DNA of 64,000 nucleotides from Nitrospirales bacterium (GTDB lineage Bacteria; Nitrospirota; Nitrospiria; Nitrospirales; UBA8639), in assembly GCA_963422365.1 (NCBI GenBank), contig OY729426.1, positions 1,280,001-1,344,000 on the forward strand. The letters are read 5' to 3'. Each line of letters opens with the position of its first letter. The first letter of the stretch is position 1. A program made the translations under genes and the position numbers. The notes beneath the pieces are model-generated. The model was given only the letters and a program-made list of their open reading frames with translations, did no database searches and was not told where the DNA came from. Below, one piece after another: positions 37,203 through 49,420 of the stretch.

Positions 37203-38135
37203 ATGAAGATGGATGCGGCGGCTCTGAGGGGTAACTCCTCTCAACACGTGGAGTCTGTCACGCTGCTGTCTGCCTTTCAAGAAGGCCTGACAATCCTGCA
37301 AGCCGCCGAGGTGGCTAATGCAAAAAATGAAGCGTTCTGGCTGTTGGAAGCCGGCTTAGGGAGTTCGCGTCTCAACGTGTACGCTGACCCTCAAGGCAGG
37401 GTCAGGCCGGAGGATTGGGCACGAACCGCGTCGCTGTTTCGTCGCCGAGCGTCACAAGAACCCCTGCAATATATTGTGGGCACCCAGGCCTTTCGAGGCC
37501 GGGAATTTCTTGTGAACCCAAGCGTGTTGATCCCAAGGCCTGAAACCGAGTTGGTCATTGAGGAAGTCTTGGCCTCACGCTTTTCGGCTGAGCGCTGTCA
37601 TATGGTGGATATGGGAACGGGGTCAGGATGTCTGGCTGTTTCGTTGGCTTTGGACTGTCCAGGAGCAACCGTCTCTGCCACGGATTGTAGTGCCCCGGCG
37701 CTTTGTGTGGCCCGGGAAAATGCGCGGCGTCACGGCGTGGTCCAGAGGATACGGTTTTTCGAGGGCGAGTGCCTCGAACCGTTGTCCGATCACGAGTTTG
37801 AAGGGAAGGTTTCGGTTATTGTCTCGAATCCACCCTATATTCCAGCAGATCAGTTCGATCTCCTTCCACGGGACGTTCGGGCGTTTGAGCCGCTTTTGGC
37901 CTTACATGGCGGCCTGAACGGCTTGGAGTTTTACGATCGCCTGCTTGCGGACAGTCCGTCGTTGTTACACCCGGGCGGGCTTTTAGTCATGGAAATGGGA
38001 GTGAATCAGTCGAGGAAGATCTGTCAAAAGGTAAGCGGCAAGAAAGAGTTTGTCGTCAAAACGATTCGGCCCGATCAGGCGGGTATTGATCGCGTGATCT
38101 GCCTGGAGCGAACGTCGTCGTCATGGACCGTTTGA
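37203..38135 (+). CDS. prmC: release factor glutamine methyltransferase
   Basis: EPLQYI.G, LIPRPETE, DMGTGSG, SNPPY. Confidence 0.95.
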   Translation: MKMDAAALRGNSSQHVESVTLLSAFQEGLTILQAAEVANAKNEAFWLLEAGLGSSRLNVYADPQGRVRPEDWARTASLFRRRASQEPLQYIVGTQAFRGREFLVNPSVLIPRPETELVIEEVLASRFSAERCHMVDMGTGSGCLAVSLALDCPGATVSATDCSAPALCVARENARRHGVVQRIRFFEGECLEPLSDHEFEGKVSVIVSNPPYIPADQFDLLPRDVRAFEPLLALHGGLNGLEFYDRLLADSPSLLHPGGLLVMEMGVNQSRKICQKVSGKKEFVVKTIRPDQAGIDRVICLERTSSSWTV

Positions 38136-39382
38136 TCATTACAGGAGGACGACGCCTCAAGGGGCGTGTCATGGCGGCTGGGGCCAAGAATGCCGCGCTT
38201 CCCATTTTAGCTGCGACCCTGTTAGGGGGAGGAACCTGCACGATTTCCAACCTGCCGCGGGTGAGAGACGTCGCCACCATGATGACGCTCCTCAGCTTAC
38301 TGGGCGTTTCCGTCGAACAGGAGGAGGGGCGGGTAGTCGTTGACGCGACCCGTGTCCAATTTGTCGAGGCTCCTTATGATCTGGTCAAAACCATGAGGGC
38401 CTCCATATTGGTGTTGGGTCCGTTGTTGGCCCGATTCGGGGAAGCCGTCGTTTCCCTCCCAGGTGGCTGCGCGATTGGGCCTAGGCCGGTCGATCTGCAC
38501 TTGGAGGGGCTGCGAAGGTTAGGGGCTACAGTCTCCGTCGATTATGGGTATATCCGAGCACGTGCCACGAAGTTGGAAGGACACCGCATTGATTTCGAGA
38601 TTCCCACCGTCACCGGAACCGAAAATTTATTGATGGCCGCCTGCCTCGCGAAAGGAACGACGGTGATCAACAATGCCGCCGTGGAGCCCGAAATTACCGA
38701 TCTGGCCGAGTTCTTGATTAAACGCGGGGCCAAAATTGCCGGAGCCGGATCCGGGCGTCTTGTCATCGAAGGCGTTTCGGCGTTGCATGGCGCAGAGCAC
38801 GAGGTGATTCCTGATCGAATTGAAACCGGAACATATTTAATCGCAGGGGCCATGACGGGAGGGCAGGTTGAAGTGGACCGGTGTGTGCCCGAACAGGTGG
38901 AAGTCGTGATTTCCAAACTCAGGAAATGCGGCGCGGACCTGTCGGAGCGGGCACGGTCGATCACCATCAAGGCGCCGACCCGGTTGCAGGCCCAAGATGT
39001 GCAAACGTGTCCTTACCCGGGATTTCCCACGGATTTGCAGGCGCAAATGATGGCCTCGATGTGTTTGGCGGAAGGAACCAGTGTGATTACCGAATCGGTC
39101 TTTGCAGGGCGGTTTCTTCATGTACCGGAATTGCAACGAATGGGTGCGGCGATTACGGTTGATGGGCACCGTGCCGTTGTGAAAGGATTAGGCCGGTTAA
39201 CGGGTGCGCCGGTCATGGCGTCGGATCTGCGTGCCAGTGCCGCTCTCCTGTTAGCCGGGTTGGCTGCCGAGGGGGAAACTCAGATTTCCAGGATTTATCA
39301 TTTGGAACGGGGATACGAGCGTATCGAAGAGAAACTGCAAGGCTTAGGCGCCTTGGTTCGTCGAGAAGGACCCAGGTCATGA
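38123..39382 (+). CDS. murA: UDP-N-acetylglucosamine 1-carboxyvinyltransferase
   Basis: GAKNAALP, LPGGCAIG.RP, PGFPTD.Q, DLRA. Confidence 0.97.
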   Translation: MDRLIITGGRRLKGRVMAAGAKNAALPILAATLLGGGTCTISNLPRVRDVATMMTLLSLLGVSVEQEEGRVVVDATRVQFVEAPYDLVKTMRASILVLGPLLARFGEAVVSLPGGCAIGPRPVDLHLEGLRRLGATVSVDYGYIRARATKLEGHRIDFEIPTVTGTENLLMAACLAKGTTVINNAAVEPEITDLAEFLIKRGAKIAGAGSGRLVIEGVSALHGAEHEVIPDRIETGTYLIAGAMTGGQVEVDRCVPEQVEVVISKLRKCGADLSERARSITIKAPTRLQAQDVQTCPYPGFPTDLQAQMMASMCLAEGTSVITESVFAGRFLHVPELQRMGAAITVDGHRAVVKGLGRLTGAPVMASDLRASAALLLAGLAAEGETQISRIYHLERGYERIEEKLQGLGALVRREGPRS

Positions 39383-40029
39383 ATGAAATGGTGACCGTTG
39401 CGTTATCGAAAGGGAAACTCTTGGATCCGACGCTGGTCTTGTTTCAGAAAGCGGGCTATCTTGGCCCGGAGTTGTCATCCGATGATCGCAAGCTGGTTTT
39501 CGAGGTGCCGCAGTCTGGGCTGTCTTTTTTGGTCGTCCGACCGACGGACGTTCCCACGTATGTTGAGTATGGAGCGGCCGACGTGGGAGTGGCGGGGAAA
39601 GATTTGTTATTAGAGCAACAGTTGGATGTGTATGAACCTTTGGATCTGCGGATTGGGTGGTGCCGGATCTCCGTGGCGGCCTTGGGAGATCTTGATCGTC
39701 GCACGCGCTTATCATCAAAACTCCGGGTTGCCACGAAATATCCCAACATCACGGAATTGCATTTTAACCAGCAAGGGACTCCGGTCGAGATTATCAAATT
39801 ATATGGGTCGATCGAGTTGGCTCCGGTGGTGGGCTTAGCGGATCAAATCGTGGATTTGGTATCGAGCGGGCAGACGCTGAAAGCCAATAACCTTCAGGAA
39901 ATGGAAACAATCGCCGAATCGACTGCGCGCTTGATTGTGAATCGTGCCAGTTTGAAAATGAAGCATCAAGCGATTACCATCATGATTAACAGGCTTCGCA
40001 AAAGTCGTCCCAAGAAGGCCTGTGCTTGA
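39379..40029 (+). CDS. hisG: ATP phosphoribosyltransferase, short form
   Basis: ALSKG, DVPTYVEYGAAD.G, ATKYP, GSIELAP. Confidence 0.95.
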   Translation: MNEMVTVALSKGKLLDPTLVLFQKAGYLGPELSSDDRKLVFEVPQSGLSFLVVRPTDVPTYVEYGAADVGVAGKDLLLEQQLDVYEPLDLRIGWCRISVAALGDLDRRTRLSSKLRVATKYPNITELHFNQQGTPVEIIKLYGSIELAPVVGLADQIVDLVSSGQTLKANNLQEMETIAESTARLIVNRASLKMKHQAITIMINRLRKSRPKKACA

Positions 40030-41320
40030 CGGCTTTATGAACATTATTTTTTCAAACAGGAAATCCTATCCTCAGGAGTTGGCCGAAGTCCGCAATCGCG
40101 CAGCTCGTCAGCATGCCAAGATCGACGGTCGCGTGAAACGTATTCTGGAAAATGTTGAACGAAACGGCGATGCCGCGGTCGCGCAATATGTCAAAGAATT
40201 TGATGGTCTTTCCTTGTCGCCTGAAAAATTTCGAGTGTCCTCGAAAGAAATTCAGCAGGCGTACGCCGGCGTTCGACAAAAGGATCGGCAAGCCTTACAA
40301 TTCGCTGCACAGCGCATTCGTGCGTTTCATCGAAAGCAACGGGTGTCGACGTGGTTGAGTAAAGAGAAGGGGGTGAAGCTTGGTCAGCTCATCACTCCGT
40401 TGGATGTCGTGGGGCTGTATGTGCCTGGTGGAAAAGCGTTGTATCCCTCCACGGTGTTGATGAATGCGATCCCCGCTAAAGTGGCCGGAGTGCCGCGGGT
40501 GATCATGTGTAGTCCCACGACGTCGGGTTCCATTGATCCCCATTTATTGGTAGCGGCGGCTATCGCCGGCGTCGATGAAGTCTATCGGATCGGCGGCGTG
40601 CAGGCGATCGGGGCGTTGGCCTATGGCACGAAGCAGATTCCCCGGGTGGACAAAATAGTGGGGCCCGGCAATATGTACGTGGCCGCAGCCAAACGAGCGG
40701 TGTATGGGACCGTTGATATTGATATGATTGCCGGACCCAGTGAGCTGTTGGTGATTGCGGATGAATCCGCCGACCCTGCCCATTGTGCAGCCGACTTGCT
40801 GTGTGAGGCCGAACACGATGAAGAAGCACAAGTCTATTTAGTGACGCCCTCGACATCGTTCGCCAAGAAGGTGAAGCGGGAAATTTACCTTCAATTACCC
40901 GAACTGACGCGGCGGCATATTGCAGAGCATTCTGTCGGCCAATATGCTAAAATTTTCGTCGTGTCGAATTTAGACGAAGCTTTTGATGTGGCCAATGCCA
41001 TTGCTCCTGAACATTTAGAGGTCCTGTTGCCTCGGCCATTCGACTATATGAAAAAAATCCGGCATGCCGGTGCGATTTTCATGGGGAGGTATACCCCGCC
41101 GGCCGTGGCGGATTATGTGGCTGGTCCTAATCACGTGCTGCCGACCGGGGGCTCCGCACGGTTTTTTTCAGCCTTGTCGCTTGATGATTACATGAAACGA
41201 ACCAACATTGTGGCGTATAACCGGGAACAACTGAAAGCCGTTACCCCCTATGTCACGCGGTTAGCTCATATGGAGGGGCTGCAAGCCCATGCCCGTTCCA
41301 TAGAAAGTCGGTCGTCATGA
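40022..41320 (+). CDS. hisD: histidinol dehydrogenase
   Basis: [40 protein letters not shown]. Confidence 0.96.
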   Translation: MLDGFMNIIFSNRKSYPQELAEVRNRAARQHAKIDGRVKRILENVERNGDAAVAQYVKEFDGLSLSPEKFRVSSKEIQQAYAGVRQKDRQALQFAAQRIRAFHRKQRVSTWLSKEKGVKLGQLITPLDVVGLYVPGGKALYPSTVLMNAIPAKVAGVPRVIMCSPTTSGSIDPHLLVAAAIAGVDEVYRIGGVQAIGALAYGTKQIPRVDKIVGPGNMYVAAAKRAVYGTVDIDMIAGPSELLVIADESADPAHCAADLLCEAEHDEEAQVYLVTPSTSFAKKVKREIYLQLPELTRRHIAEHSVGQYAKIFVVSNLDEAFDVANAIAPEHLEVLLPRPFDYMKKIRHAGAIFMGRYTPPAVADYVAGPNHVLPTGGSARFFSALSLDDYMKRTNIVAYNREQLKAVTPYVTRLAHMEGLQAHARSIESRSS

Positions 41321-41922
41321 ATATTTCAAGCAAACCACGATGGGCGGAAGTCGACCGGTCTACCTCCGAGACCGCCATTCGGGTGGAATTGGGGCTGGAT
41401 GGGACCGGACAACGACAGATTGCAACCCCCATTCCGTTTGTGGACCACATGTTGGATGCCTTCGCGCGACATGGGTTGTTTGATCTCGTGCTTGAAGCCA
41501 AGGGCGATACCCATATTGATGACCATCATACGGTTGAGGATATCGGGATGGTGGTCGGGACTGCCTTCAAAGAAGCACTCGGGAAGAAAGACGGGATTCG
41601 TCGGTTTGGATGGGCCACCATCCCTCTTGATGAAACGTTGGCGGAAGTCGTGGTTGATCTGAGCGGACGGCCGTTTTTAGTCTATAACGTGACATTGTCG
41701 CATCGGGAAGTGAAAGGGTTTGATCTCGGTCTGTTTGAGGATTTTTTTCAGGCTCTGGCGAATCACGGAGGATTGAATCTTCACGTCACTGTTCGGTATG
41801 GCCGTAATCCTCACCATATGATCGAAGCCGCGTTCAAGGCGTTTGCGAAGGCCATGGATCAGGCGACTCGTCAGGACGACCGAGTGGTCGGGGTCCTTTC
41901 CACGAAGGGGTCCCTCGCCTAG
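41317..41922 (+). CDS. hisB: imidazoleglycerol-phosphate dehydratase
   Basis: [24 protein letters not shown]. Confidence 0.96.
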   Translation: MNISSKPRWAEVDRSTSETAIRVELGLDGTGQRQIATPIPFVDHMLDAFARHGLFDLVLEAKGDTHIDDHHTVEDIGMVVGTAFKEALGKKDGIRRFGWATIPLDETLAEVVVDLSGRPFLVYNVTLSHREVKGFDLGLFEDFFQALANHGGLNLHVTVRYGRNPHHMIEAAFKAFAKAMDQATRQDDRVVGVLSTKGSLA

Positions 41923-41957
41923 CAAGGCTCACAGGAGACCAATCTTGATCACGGGTG

Positions 41958-42590
41958 ATGAAGCAGTCCATGATCGCCATTATCAATTATGAAATGGGGA
42001 ATGTGCGAAGTGTCCAAAAAGCATTTGAAACCGTTGGGCATCACGCGGTCGTCACGAGAGATCCTACGAGCATTGATCGCGCCACCCACGTCGTGCTTCC
42101 CGGGGTGGGGGCCTTTGGTGATTGCGTGCACAATCTCCAACGGTTTGGCCTGATTGAGCCCCTGCGTCGGACGATTGCGCAAGGCAAGCCATTGTTAGGC
42201 ATTTGTCTGGGGTTACAGGTCCTCTTTTCGGAAAGCGAGGAGTTTGGCGTGCATCAGGGGTTGAACCTTTTTAAAGGAAAAGTCAAACGATTTCCTGCCG
42301 GATCCGCACAGGCGTCGCCTTTGAAGATTCCGCATATGGGGTGGAACACGATTCAGATCACACGGCCAATGTCGTTATTAGAGGGAATCGGTTCGGAGGC
42401 CCACATGTATTTTGTCCATTCGTATTACGTGGAACCTGAAGAGGCGGACGTGATCTGTACCGAAACACGGTATGGGTTTCCTTTTGTGTCGAGCGTGACC
42501 AAAGGCAAGGTCTTTGCTTGTCAATTTCATCCGGAAAAAAGTCAAAAGGTCGGGCTGCAACTGCTCAAGAATTTCGGGGACTGGAATTGA
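41958..42590 (+). CDS. hisH: imidazole glycerol phosphate synthase glutaminase subunit
   Basis: LPGVGAF, GICLGLQ, PHMGWN, YFVHSY, QFHPEKS. Confidence 0.96.
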   Translation: MKQSMIAIINYEMGNVRSVQKAFETVGHHAVVTRDPTSIDRATHVVLPGVGAFGDCVHNLQRFGLIEPLRRTIAQGKPLLGICLGLQVLFSESEEFGVHQGLNLFKGKVKRFPAGSAQASPLKIPHMGWNTIQITRPMSLLEGIGSEAHMYFVHSYYVEPEEADVICTETRYGFPFVSSVTKGKVFACQFHPEKSQKVGLQLLKNFGDWN

Positions 42591-43357
42591 GCATCTTTCC
42601 CACCAATCATGCTGGCGCAGGCCGGCGTCAAACGCGCTGGCTCTCGGCGACACTCCTTCTGTTTGGGGGGTGCGGGGCATGTGCTCCGGAACCGATCACC
42701 ATTAAGTCGTCTCATCAGTTTGCTCCTCAAGCCATTACCAGAGTGGCGATTGCGCCGTTTCGCGCCGTCAAAAGGGAGCAGAGGATCTCGCGCACATTTC
42801 GAGCGCTTCCTCCGTCAGATCTGGAAAATTCCGAGATTCCTCAATCGTTGGGGAGTATGAGCACGGCACCGGTTGCCCGCCGATCTCACTTGATACAGGA
42901 TCCCGTGCCTGACGCTGTTCCCGATATGATCCAGCATATGGTGTATTCCCAGTTAAGACTCAATGCCAAGGTTGCTATCATACCCCCTGCAACCGTGGGA
43001 CAAATCCTGAACAGTCAGGATGGCCCTGCCCATGCACAGGATCGTCAAGAGACCGTTCGGCTCTTAGGACAACGGCTGGCTGTGGATGCGGTCCTTGAAG
43101 GCATTATTCGAGTGTATCGTGAACGGGAAGGCACGAAGTTCGGCGCCCTCCCCGCTGCCGTCGGGTTTGAAATCCGATTGCTCAGGGCCCGGGACGGCCT
43201 GGTGTTGTGGGTGGGCGATTATTTCGAAGAGCAGAAACCGATGACTCACGATTTCAGGGGATTCCTTGAACGAGGGGGAACGTTTGTCACTGCCGAAGAG
43301 TTAGCGCGAGCAGGGGTTGCTCGCGTGCTGCACCAATTACCTTTTGGTACGGATTAA
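42587..43357 (+). CDS. putative lipoprotein inside the his operon
   Basis: TTG start overlapping the hisH stop; hydrophobic stretch ending in Cys; VAIAPF...LAVDAVLEG...VGFEIRL. Confidence 0.65.
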   Translation: MSIFPTNHAGAGRRQTRWLSATLLLFGGCGACAPEPITIKSSHQFAPQAITRVAIAPFRAVKREQRISRTFRALPPSDLENSEIPQSLGSMSTAPVARRSHLIQDPVPDAVPDMIQHMVYSQLRLNAKVAIIPPATVGQILNSQDGPAHAQDRQETVRLLGQRLAVDAVLEGIIRVYREREGTKFGALPAAVGFEIRLLRARDGLVLWVGDYFEEQKPMTHDFRGFLERGGTFVTAEELARAGVARVLHQLPFGTD

Positions 43358-43432
43358 AGAGCTTTTACATCCTCACCTCAAAAGGGGTGCCTCCTTCGAG
43401 GCCGCAACCTCAATCAAAGAGTTCGGTCTGTC

Positions 43433-44155
43433 ATGATAGTCATCCCTGCAATTGATTTAAAAGATGGGCGATGCGTGCGCCTCCGACAAGGCGACATGAC
43501 GCAAGAGACGACCTATTCTCATGATCCGGCGGCCATGGCCCGGCAATGGGAAGCCTTAGGCGCTCAACGGTTGCATATCGTCGATCTCGATGGCGCGGTC
43601 AACGGGAAACCACACAATATGGAGCAGGTGCGTGCGATTGCCGATGCCGTTTCCATCCCGATTCACGTGGGCGGCGGGATCCGATCATTAGCCGTCATGA
43701 AAGACTATTTCTCCCATGGCGTCAGTCGGGTGGTGTTGGGAACGGCTGCCTTAGAAAATACGGCGTTTCTTGCCCACGCCTGTGAACGTTTTCCCGATAA
43801 AATTTTTGTCGGGGTTGACGTCAAACGGGGAAAAGTCGCATTGCATGGATGGACGAATCTTTCAGAGTCAACGGCTGAGCACGTGTTGGCCTCCTTGAAG
43901 GCGTATCCCCTTGCCGGGGTCATCTTTACGGAGATCAGTCGTGACGGCATGTTGGAGGGGCCGAATATGTCGGCTCTGCGGGATGCGGTTCAGGCTTCTC
44001 CGTTTCCTCTGATCGCCTCCGGGGGAATCACGCGTGTAGAGGATATTCGCGCGATTAAACAGGTAGGGCAAAAGATCATAGGCGTCATTGTCGGCAAGGC
44101 CTTCTACGAAGGCACGTTAGATCTCCCTGCAGCGTTGGCCGAGGCTCGGGCGTGA
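43433..44155 (+). CDS. hisA: ProFAR isomerase
   Basis: [33 protein letters not shown]. Confidence 0.96.
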   Translation: MIVIPAIDLKDGRCVRLRQGDMTQETTYSHDPAAMARQWEALGAQRLHIVDLDGAVNGKPHNMEQVRAIADAVSIPIHVGGGIRSLAVMKDYFSHGVSRVVLGTAALENTAFLAHACERFPDKIFVGVDVKRGKVALHGWTNLSESTAEHVLASLKAYPLAGVIFTEISRDGMLEGPNMSALRDAVQASPFPLIASGGITRVEDIRAIKQVGQKIIGVIVGKAFYEGTLDLPAALAEARA

Positions 44156-44171
44156 AACGAACAGACGGACG

Positions 44172-44963
44172 ATGTTGACCAAACGCATTATTCCTTGTTT
44201 GGATGTGAAGGATGGCCGAGTGGTCAAGGGCGTCAGCTTTGTGAATCTTCGTGACGCTGGCGATCCGGTCGAGGTCGCAACGATCTATGATCAAGCCGGT
44301 GCGGATGAACTTTGCTTTTTAGATATCACCGCGTCTCATGAAAATCGAGACACCCTTCTGGATATCGTGTCCCGGACGGCCGAGCAGGTGTTTATGCCGC
44401 TCACGGTCGGCGGCGGGATCCGGACACTCGAAAATATTCGGCAATTGCTGAATGCAGGGGCGGATAAAGTCAGTATCAATACGGCTGCCGTTGAAACCCC
44501 GACGTTTGTGACGGACGCCGCGCATCGATTCGGCTCCCAATGTATTGTGGTCGCGATTGATGCAAAACAGGTCACCTCCAAGGCAGCGGGCCTCGCGCGA
44601 TGGGAAATTTTCACCCATGGGGGGCGCAATCCTACGGGGTTGGATGCCGTTGTCTGGGCCCAACAGATGGAGCAGAAAGGGGCCGGTGAAATCCTGTTGA
44701 CCTCAATGGATCAAGACGGCACCAAAGACGGCTATGACTTGCCTTTGACCAGGGCCGTTTCAGAAGCCGTCTCCATTCCGGTCATCGCGTCCGGCGGGGC
44801 TGGAACCGTGGATCATCTCTATGAGGCCTTGGGAGAAGGGAAGGCCGATGCCGTGCTGGCAGCCTCGATTTTTCATTATCAAACCTATAGCATCAGTGAA
44901 GCGAAAACCTATCTCAAGGATCACGGGCTTCCCGTGCGTATTGTGAATGGCCATGGAATCTGA
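44172..44963 (+). CDS. hisF: imidazole glycerol phosphate synthase cyclase subunit
   Basis: [31 protein letters not shown]. Confidence 0.97.
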   Translation: MLTKRIIPCLDVKDGRVVKGVSFVNLRDAGDPVEVATIYDQAGADELCFLDITASHENRDTLLDIVSRTAEQVFMPLTVGGGIRTLENIRQLLNAGADKVSINTAAVETPTFVTDAAHRFGSQCIVVAIDAKQVTSKAAGLARWEIFTHGGRNPTGLDAVVWAQQMEQKGAGEILLTSMDQDGTKDGYDLPLTRAVSEAVSIPVIASGGAGTVDHLYEALGEGKADAVLAASIFHYQTYSISEAKTYLKDHGLPVRIVNGHGI

Positions 44964-45651
44964 CCGAAGCATGGTCCTCAACGACCTCAGGATTCAGTTC
45001 GATGAACAAGGGCTGGTGCCTGCTATTGTCCAGGATTGGCGTGACGGCGCAGTCCTGATGTTGGGATATATGAATCAGCAAGCACTCGAACAGACGTTGC
45101 AAACAGGGTCTGTGCACTTCTGGAGCCGTTCGAGACGGCAACTCTGGAAAAAAGGGGAAACCTCCGGTCATGATCTGCTCTGTAAACGAGTGTTTCTTGA
45201 TTGTGACGGGGATACCCTGTTGGTCAAAGCCGAACCCGTTGGGCCCACGTGTCATACAGAGGCGCGAACGTGCTTTTTTACTGAAGTGACGCCCCACAGT
45301 GTCGCGACTACTCAGGTTGGCGAAGAAGCGAATGGAGGCATTTTCGACCGATTGTATGAAATGGCCCTGCAACGGAAGTCTCATCCGCAAGAGCACTCGT
45401 ATGTTTCGTCCTTGATGAAGGACGGGCCCGACCGAATTCTGAAAAAAGTCGTGGAGGAAGCCGGCGAAGTCCTGTTAGCCGTGAAGAAGGAGCACAGGGA
45501 AGAAGTCATTCATGAGGTGGCAGATTTGTTCTTTCATTCCATCGTGGTATTGGGGCATTGTGAAATTCCCATGACGGCTATTCAGCAAGAACTTGGCAAA
45601 CGATTTGGCCAATCGGGTACCAGAGATACGGGATCAGAGCCGTCCCAGTAA
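44947..45651 (+). CDS. hisIE: bifunctional PRA-CH / PRA-PH
   Basis: [16 protein letters not shown]...[16 protein letters not shown]. Confidence 0.95.
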   Translation: MAMESDRSMVLNDLRIQFDEQGLVPAIVQDWRDGAVLMLGYMNQQALEQTLQTGSVHFWSRSRRQLWKKGETSGHDLLCKRVFLDCDGDTLLVKAEPVGPTCHTEARTCFFTEVTPHSVATTQVGEEANGGIFDRLYEMALQRKSHPQEHSYVSSLMKDGPDRILKKVVEEAGEVLLAVKKEHREEVIHEVADLFFHSIVVLGHCEIPMTAIQQELGKRFGQSGTRDTGSEPSQ

Positions 45652-45679
45652 AAGATGTCGCGTTTCTCTTTTCTGCCGG

Positions 45680-45708
45680 TTGACTTGACCGAAGATCCTT
45701 GATATAAT
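45680..45708 (+). promoter_or_regulatory. sigma70 promoter for dnaG-rpoD
   Basis: TTGACT-17 nt-TATAAT. Confidence 0.7.
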
Positions 45709-45788
45709 TAAAAATTATTATTTTACAATAAGTTGAGACAGTTCAGCTCTTCAAAAAGAGGGTACCGCGAAGGCTTCGGAGAAAACCC

Positions 45789-47630
45789 TTGATAACTGCA
45801 CGAGCTGGAATCCCTCCTGCTACCCTTCAACAAATCCGTGACTCTATTGATATTGTGGACATGGTGTCCCGCTATATCACTTTGTCGAAAACGGGTCAAA
45901 ACCTTCGTGGGCTTTGTCCTTTTCACCATGAAAAAACGCCTTCTTTGACCGTCACCCCCGCACGGCAAATGTTTTACTGTTTTGGATGTGGAGTAGGAGG
46001 CGATATCTTCACCTTCCTGATGCGGAAGGAAGGGTTAGAGTTTTTGGAGGCGGTCAAAGATCTTGCCGAGCGAGCGGGAATCCCTCTTCCTCCGGATGCG
46101 TCACAGGGTTTTTCGCAATCTCAAACAGGTCAACGGAAAAAGTTGGAAGGCCTCCATGCCTTAGCCAATACGTGGTTTCAGCAGAATCTGTATGATCCTT
46201 CGAAAGGCCGATCTGCCTTGGCGTACCTTGCCGATCGAGGTCTTGAGTTGAGTAACCTGAAAGCGTTCGGTATGGGGTATGCACTGCCTTCGTGGGATGG
46301 GCTCACCAACTATTTGACCAGACAAGGGGCGGCCCCTTCCGATCTGGAGGCCTCGGGCTTGGTGGTGTCAAAAAATTCTCAAAATCCCTCGAAGTCTGCA
46401 AGGTTTTATGACCGTTTTCGAGGGCGGGTCATGATCCCGATTTGCGACCTTCGCGCACACGTGATTGCGTTTGGCGGTCGCGTGTTCGAAGACGGAACCC
46501 CCAAATATCTCAATTCTCCGGACACGGTGCTCTTTCAAAAGGGACGTGTGTTGTATGGATTGCACAAGGCACGTGAAACGAGCCATCACCTTGACTCGCT
46601 GATTCTCGTCGAAGGCTACTTTGATGTGTTGGCGCTGCATCAGGCGGGCATTCGTCACGTTGCCGCGCCTTTAGGAACCGCACTCACACCCGAGCATGCC
46701 ACCTTGCTCCGTCGATTCGTCAACACCGTTGTGTTGATCTTTGACGGCGATGCGGCAGGGACGGGTGCGGTGTTACGCGCCCTGGATGTGTTTCGCAATA
46801 GCGGGGTCACCGTCAAGGTCGTCGTCATGCCTCAGGGGCATGATCCTGATTCGTATGTTCGGGCTCATGGTGCAGAAGGTTTTCTCGCGTTGCAGGATCA
46901 AGCCCTGACGTTGTTGGAGTTCGCCGTGGCACAATGTCTGGAAGGTGCGACGCACGCAACGATTGAAGAACGAACTCGACGAGTCGACGACATACTCAGA
47001 ATCATGGCCAACGTCTCGAATCCTATTGAAAAAAATGAACAGATCCAACGAGTCGCTGAACGACTAGGGGTCAGACCGCAACTTCTTCTCGACCGCTATT
47101 CCACCGTGCTCGATCGTCAGCAAGGCGTTTTTTCCCGACGCCAGGGGAAATCGTCAATGCCACCCTCTCGCAATCGACGAAACGAACAAAGGGAATTTCG
47201 AGAGGAACGTGAAATCGTCTCGTTGATGGTGCAAGGGGGATTGCATCCAGAACATCTCAAAGATCTGCGTCCTGAGGATTTTCAGTCGCCCCTCTATCGC
47301 CAGCTTGTGGAGATAGGGTTGCGGCATCTCGATGCGGAAGGTGGGATCGATTTCCCTGGATTTTTCGCGGAAACCAGTTCTGATGAGACGTGTCGTGATT
47401 CGGTTGCGGAGTTAGCTCTGTCCGTTACGTATTTTGAGGACCAGTATGAGTATATTCAAGGTTGTTTGAGAGTGTTGGTGCAAAGAAACTTGAAAACCCG
47501 TCTAGATGAACTGATTGCTCAGCTTCGAATTGCCGAACGAGAACAACGAACGGGTGAAGTGGATCATCTTAATTCCCAAATCGAAGCGTTGCGTGGAAGA
47601 AAAGCCGGGTTAGCCTCCTCCCCACTGTAG
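45789..47630 (+). CDS. dnaG: DNA primase
   Basis: [35 protein letters not shown]. Confidence 0.97.
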   Translation: MITARAGIPPATLQQIRDSIDIVDMVSRYITLSKTGQNLRGLCPFHHEKTPSLTVTPARQMFYCFGCGVGGDIFTFLMRKEGLEFLEAVKDLAERAGIPLPPDASQGFSQSQTGQRKKLEGLHALANTWFQQNLYDPSKGRSALAYLADRGLELSNLKAFGMGYALPSWDGLTNYLTRQGAAPSDLEASGLVVSKNSQNPSKSARFYDRFRGRVMIPICDLRAHVIAFGGRVFEDGTPKYLNSPDTVLFQKGRVLYGLHKARETSHHLDSLILVEGYFDVLALHQAGIRHVAAPLGTALTPEHATLLRRFVNTVVLIFDGDAAGTGAVLRALDVFRNSGVTVKVVVMPQGHDPDSYVRAHGAEGFLALQDQALTLLEFAVAQCLEGATHATIEERTRRVDDILRIMANVSNPIEKNEQIQRVAERLGVRPQLLLDRYSTVLDRQQGVFSRRQGKSSMPPSRNRRNEQREFREEREIVSLMVQGGLHPEHLKDLRPEDFQSPLYRQLVEIGLRHLDAEGGIDFPGFFAETSSDETCRDSVAELALSVTYFEDQYEYIQGCLRVLVQRNLKTRLDELIAQLRIAEREQRTGEVDHLNSQIEALRGRKAGLASSPL

Positions 47631-47649
47631 CATCAGGATAAGGGCCCTT

Positions 47650-49368
47650 ATGGCAAAGACTATCGTCGCCAAGATACGGAAAGAAGAGTTGATTTTTAAA
47701 AAAAAGAGCAACCGGTTGGTGGGACAGAAGGTGCGATCATCATCCACAAAGGTTGGTCCCTCTGGCGTCCAACACCAGAATCTGTTTGCCTCCCCCGGAG
47801 GCTCCGTTCAGAAACGCATAACGGGCGGGCAGTCACAGACTCAATCTCTTTCTGAAACGCCATTTGAGCCAGCTTCGGGTTCCGAGAAAACCGAGAAACA
47901 GGAAGATGTATTGGAAAAGAATGCCCAGGAAATTGATCTCAACCCTGGTGATTTGAGTCGAACGGATGATCCTGTCCGGCTGTATTTGCGAGAGATGGGA
48001 AGCGTGCCGTTACTCACCCGGGAAGGGGAGATTGAGGTAGCGAAGAAGATTGAGGAAGGCAAAGATGAGATGACGTTGGTGCTGGCGGGGCTGCCGATGA
48101 CCTGGGAGGGGCTGGACAGGTGGAGGGGGCAACTGAAGAAGCGAGTTGTGCGCGTGGGCGAGGTGGTTCTGGTGCGTGATCCTGCGGAAGACGAAGACCT
48201 GGAGGAGCCGGAGTTAGCGGAAGCGCAAGAAGAAGGGCTTCGGCAAGAGGCGCTGATCGGGCTGGAGGAGGTGAGGCGGTTAGGCAAGACCCTGGGACGG
48301 CTGTATGAGCGGCGGCGGGCGGCCCCGGCTGAGCAGCACGTGCGGTGGGCCAAACGGGTGCAGGCGGTGCAGCAGCAGGTGGTGGCCCGGGTGGAGGCGT
48401 TGCATTTGCAACCGGCTGTGCGAGAGCAGTTGGTCATGCAGATCAAAGAAGCGGGCCGGGCGGTGCGGAGTGCGGAGCGGGTGTTGCGGGAGAGGAGAGA
48501 GGGGCCGGGCCGGCCGGGGGGGACGAGGCGGCAAGACGCGCAGGCCACGCTCAAGCGGGTAGAGCAAGAAGAGACGTGGTTACCGACCGCCGAGTTTACC
48601 TGCGCGCTGGCGGGGTTAGAAGGGGCTGAAGAAAAGATGAAGCGGGGGAAAGCGGAGTTAATCGAAGCGAATTTGCGGTTAGTGGTGAGTATTGCCAAGA
48701 AATACACGAATCGGGGGTTGCAGTTTTTAGACCTGATCCAGGAAGGCAACATTGGCCTCATGAAAGCCGTGGACAAGTTTGAATACCAGCGGGGGTACAA
48801 GTTCAGCACGTATGCGACGTGGTGGATTCGGCAAGCGATCACGCGAGCGATTGCTGACCAAGCTCGGACGATCCGGATTCCGGTGCACATGATCGAAACG
48901 ATCAACAAGCTGGTACGGACCTCGCGGCATTTGGTGCAACAGTTGGGGCGGGAGCCGACCCCGGAAGAGATTGGGGTGCGGATGGAGATGCCGTTAGAGA
49001 AAGTCCGGAAGATTTTGAAGATTGCGAAGGAGCCGATTTCGCTGGAGACGCCGATTGGCGAAGAAGAAGACAGTCATTTAGGGGACTTCATTGAAGACAA
49101 GAAGGCGGTGTCGCCGTTAGAGGCGGCGGTGCGGTATGACTTGCAGCGGCACATTGGGCAGTCGTTGGACTCGTTAACGCCGCGGGAGGAGCAGGTGTTG
49201 CGGAAGCGGTTTGGGATCGGGGAGGCGACGGATCACACGTTAGAAGAAGTGGGGCAGGACTTTGAGGTGACGCGGGAGCGGATCCGGCAGATTGAAGCCA
49301 AGGCCTTACGCAAACTCCGCCACCCGACCCGGAGCAAAAAATTGCGCAGTTTCGCCGAAGGATTTTAA
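47650..49368 (+). CDS. rpoD: RNA polymerase sigma factor RpoD
   Basis: [57 protein letters not shown]. Confidence 0.95.
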   Translation: MAKTIVAKIRKEELIFKKKSNRLVGQKVRSSSTKVGPSGVQHQNLFASPGGSVQKRITGGQSQTQSLSETPFEPASGSEKTEKQEDVLEKNAQEIDLNPGDLSRTDDPVRLYLREMGSVPLLTREGEIEVAKKIEEGKDEMTLVLAGLPMTWEGLDRWRGQLKKRVVRVGEVVLVRDPAEDEDLEEPELAEAQEEGLRQEALIGLEEVRRLGKTLGRLYERRRAAPAEQHVRWAKRVQAVQQQVVARVEALHLQPAVREQLVMQIKEAGRAVRSAERVLRERREGPGRPGGTRRQDAQATLKRVEQEETWLPTAEFTCALAGLEGAEEKMKRGKAELIEANLRLVVSIAKKYTNRGLQFLDLIQEGNIGLMKAVDKFEYQRGYKFSTYATWWIRQAITRAIADQARTIRIPVHMIETINKLVRTSRHLVQQLGREPTPEEIGVRMEMPLEKVRKILKIAKEPISLETPIGEEEDSHLGDFIEDKKAVSPLEAAVRYDLQRHIGQSLDSLTPREEQVLRKRFGIGEATDHTLEEVGQDFEVTRERIRQIEAKALRKLRHPTRSKKLRSFAEGF

Positions 49369-49384
49369 TCTTTGGAAACAGGGG

Positions 49385-49420
49385 AAAGGGTCTTGCACAT
49401 TCGTGCAAGACCCTTTTTTT
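49385..49420 (+). terminator. intrinsic terminator after rpoD
   Basis: AAAGGGTCTTGCAC-attc-GTGCAAGACCCTTT plus a T run. Confidence 0.9.

Noticed and set aside
47841..48908. 355-aa antisense ORF, and similar long antisense ORFs such as 62087-63040 and 15394-16059
   Set aside because: Shadows of well-supported genes on the opposite strand, with no recognisable motifs.
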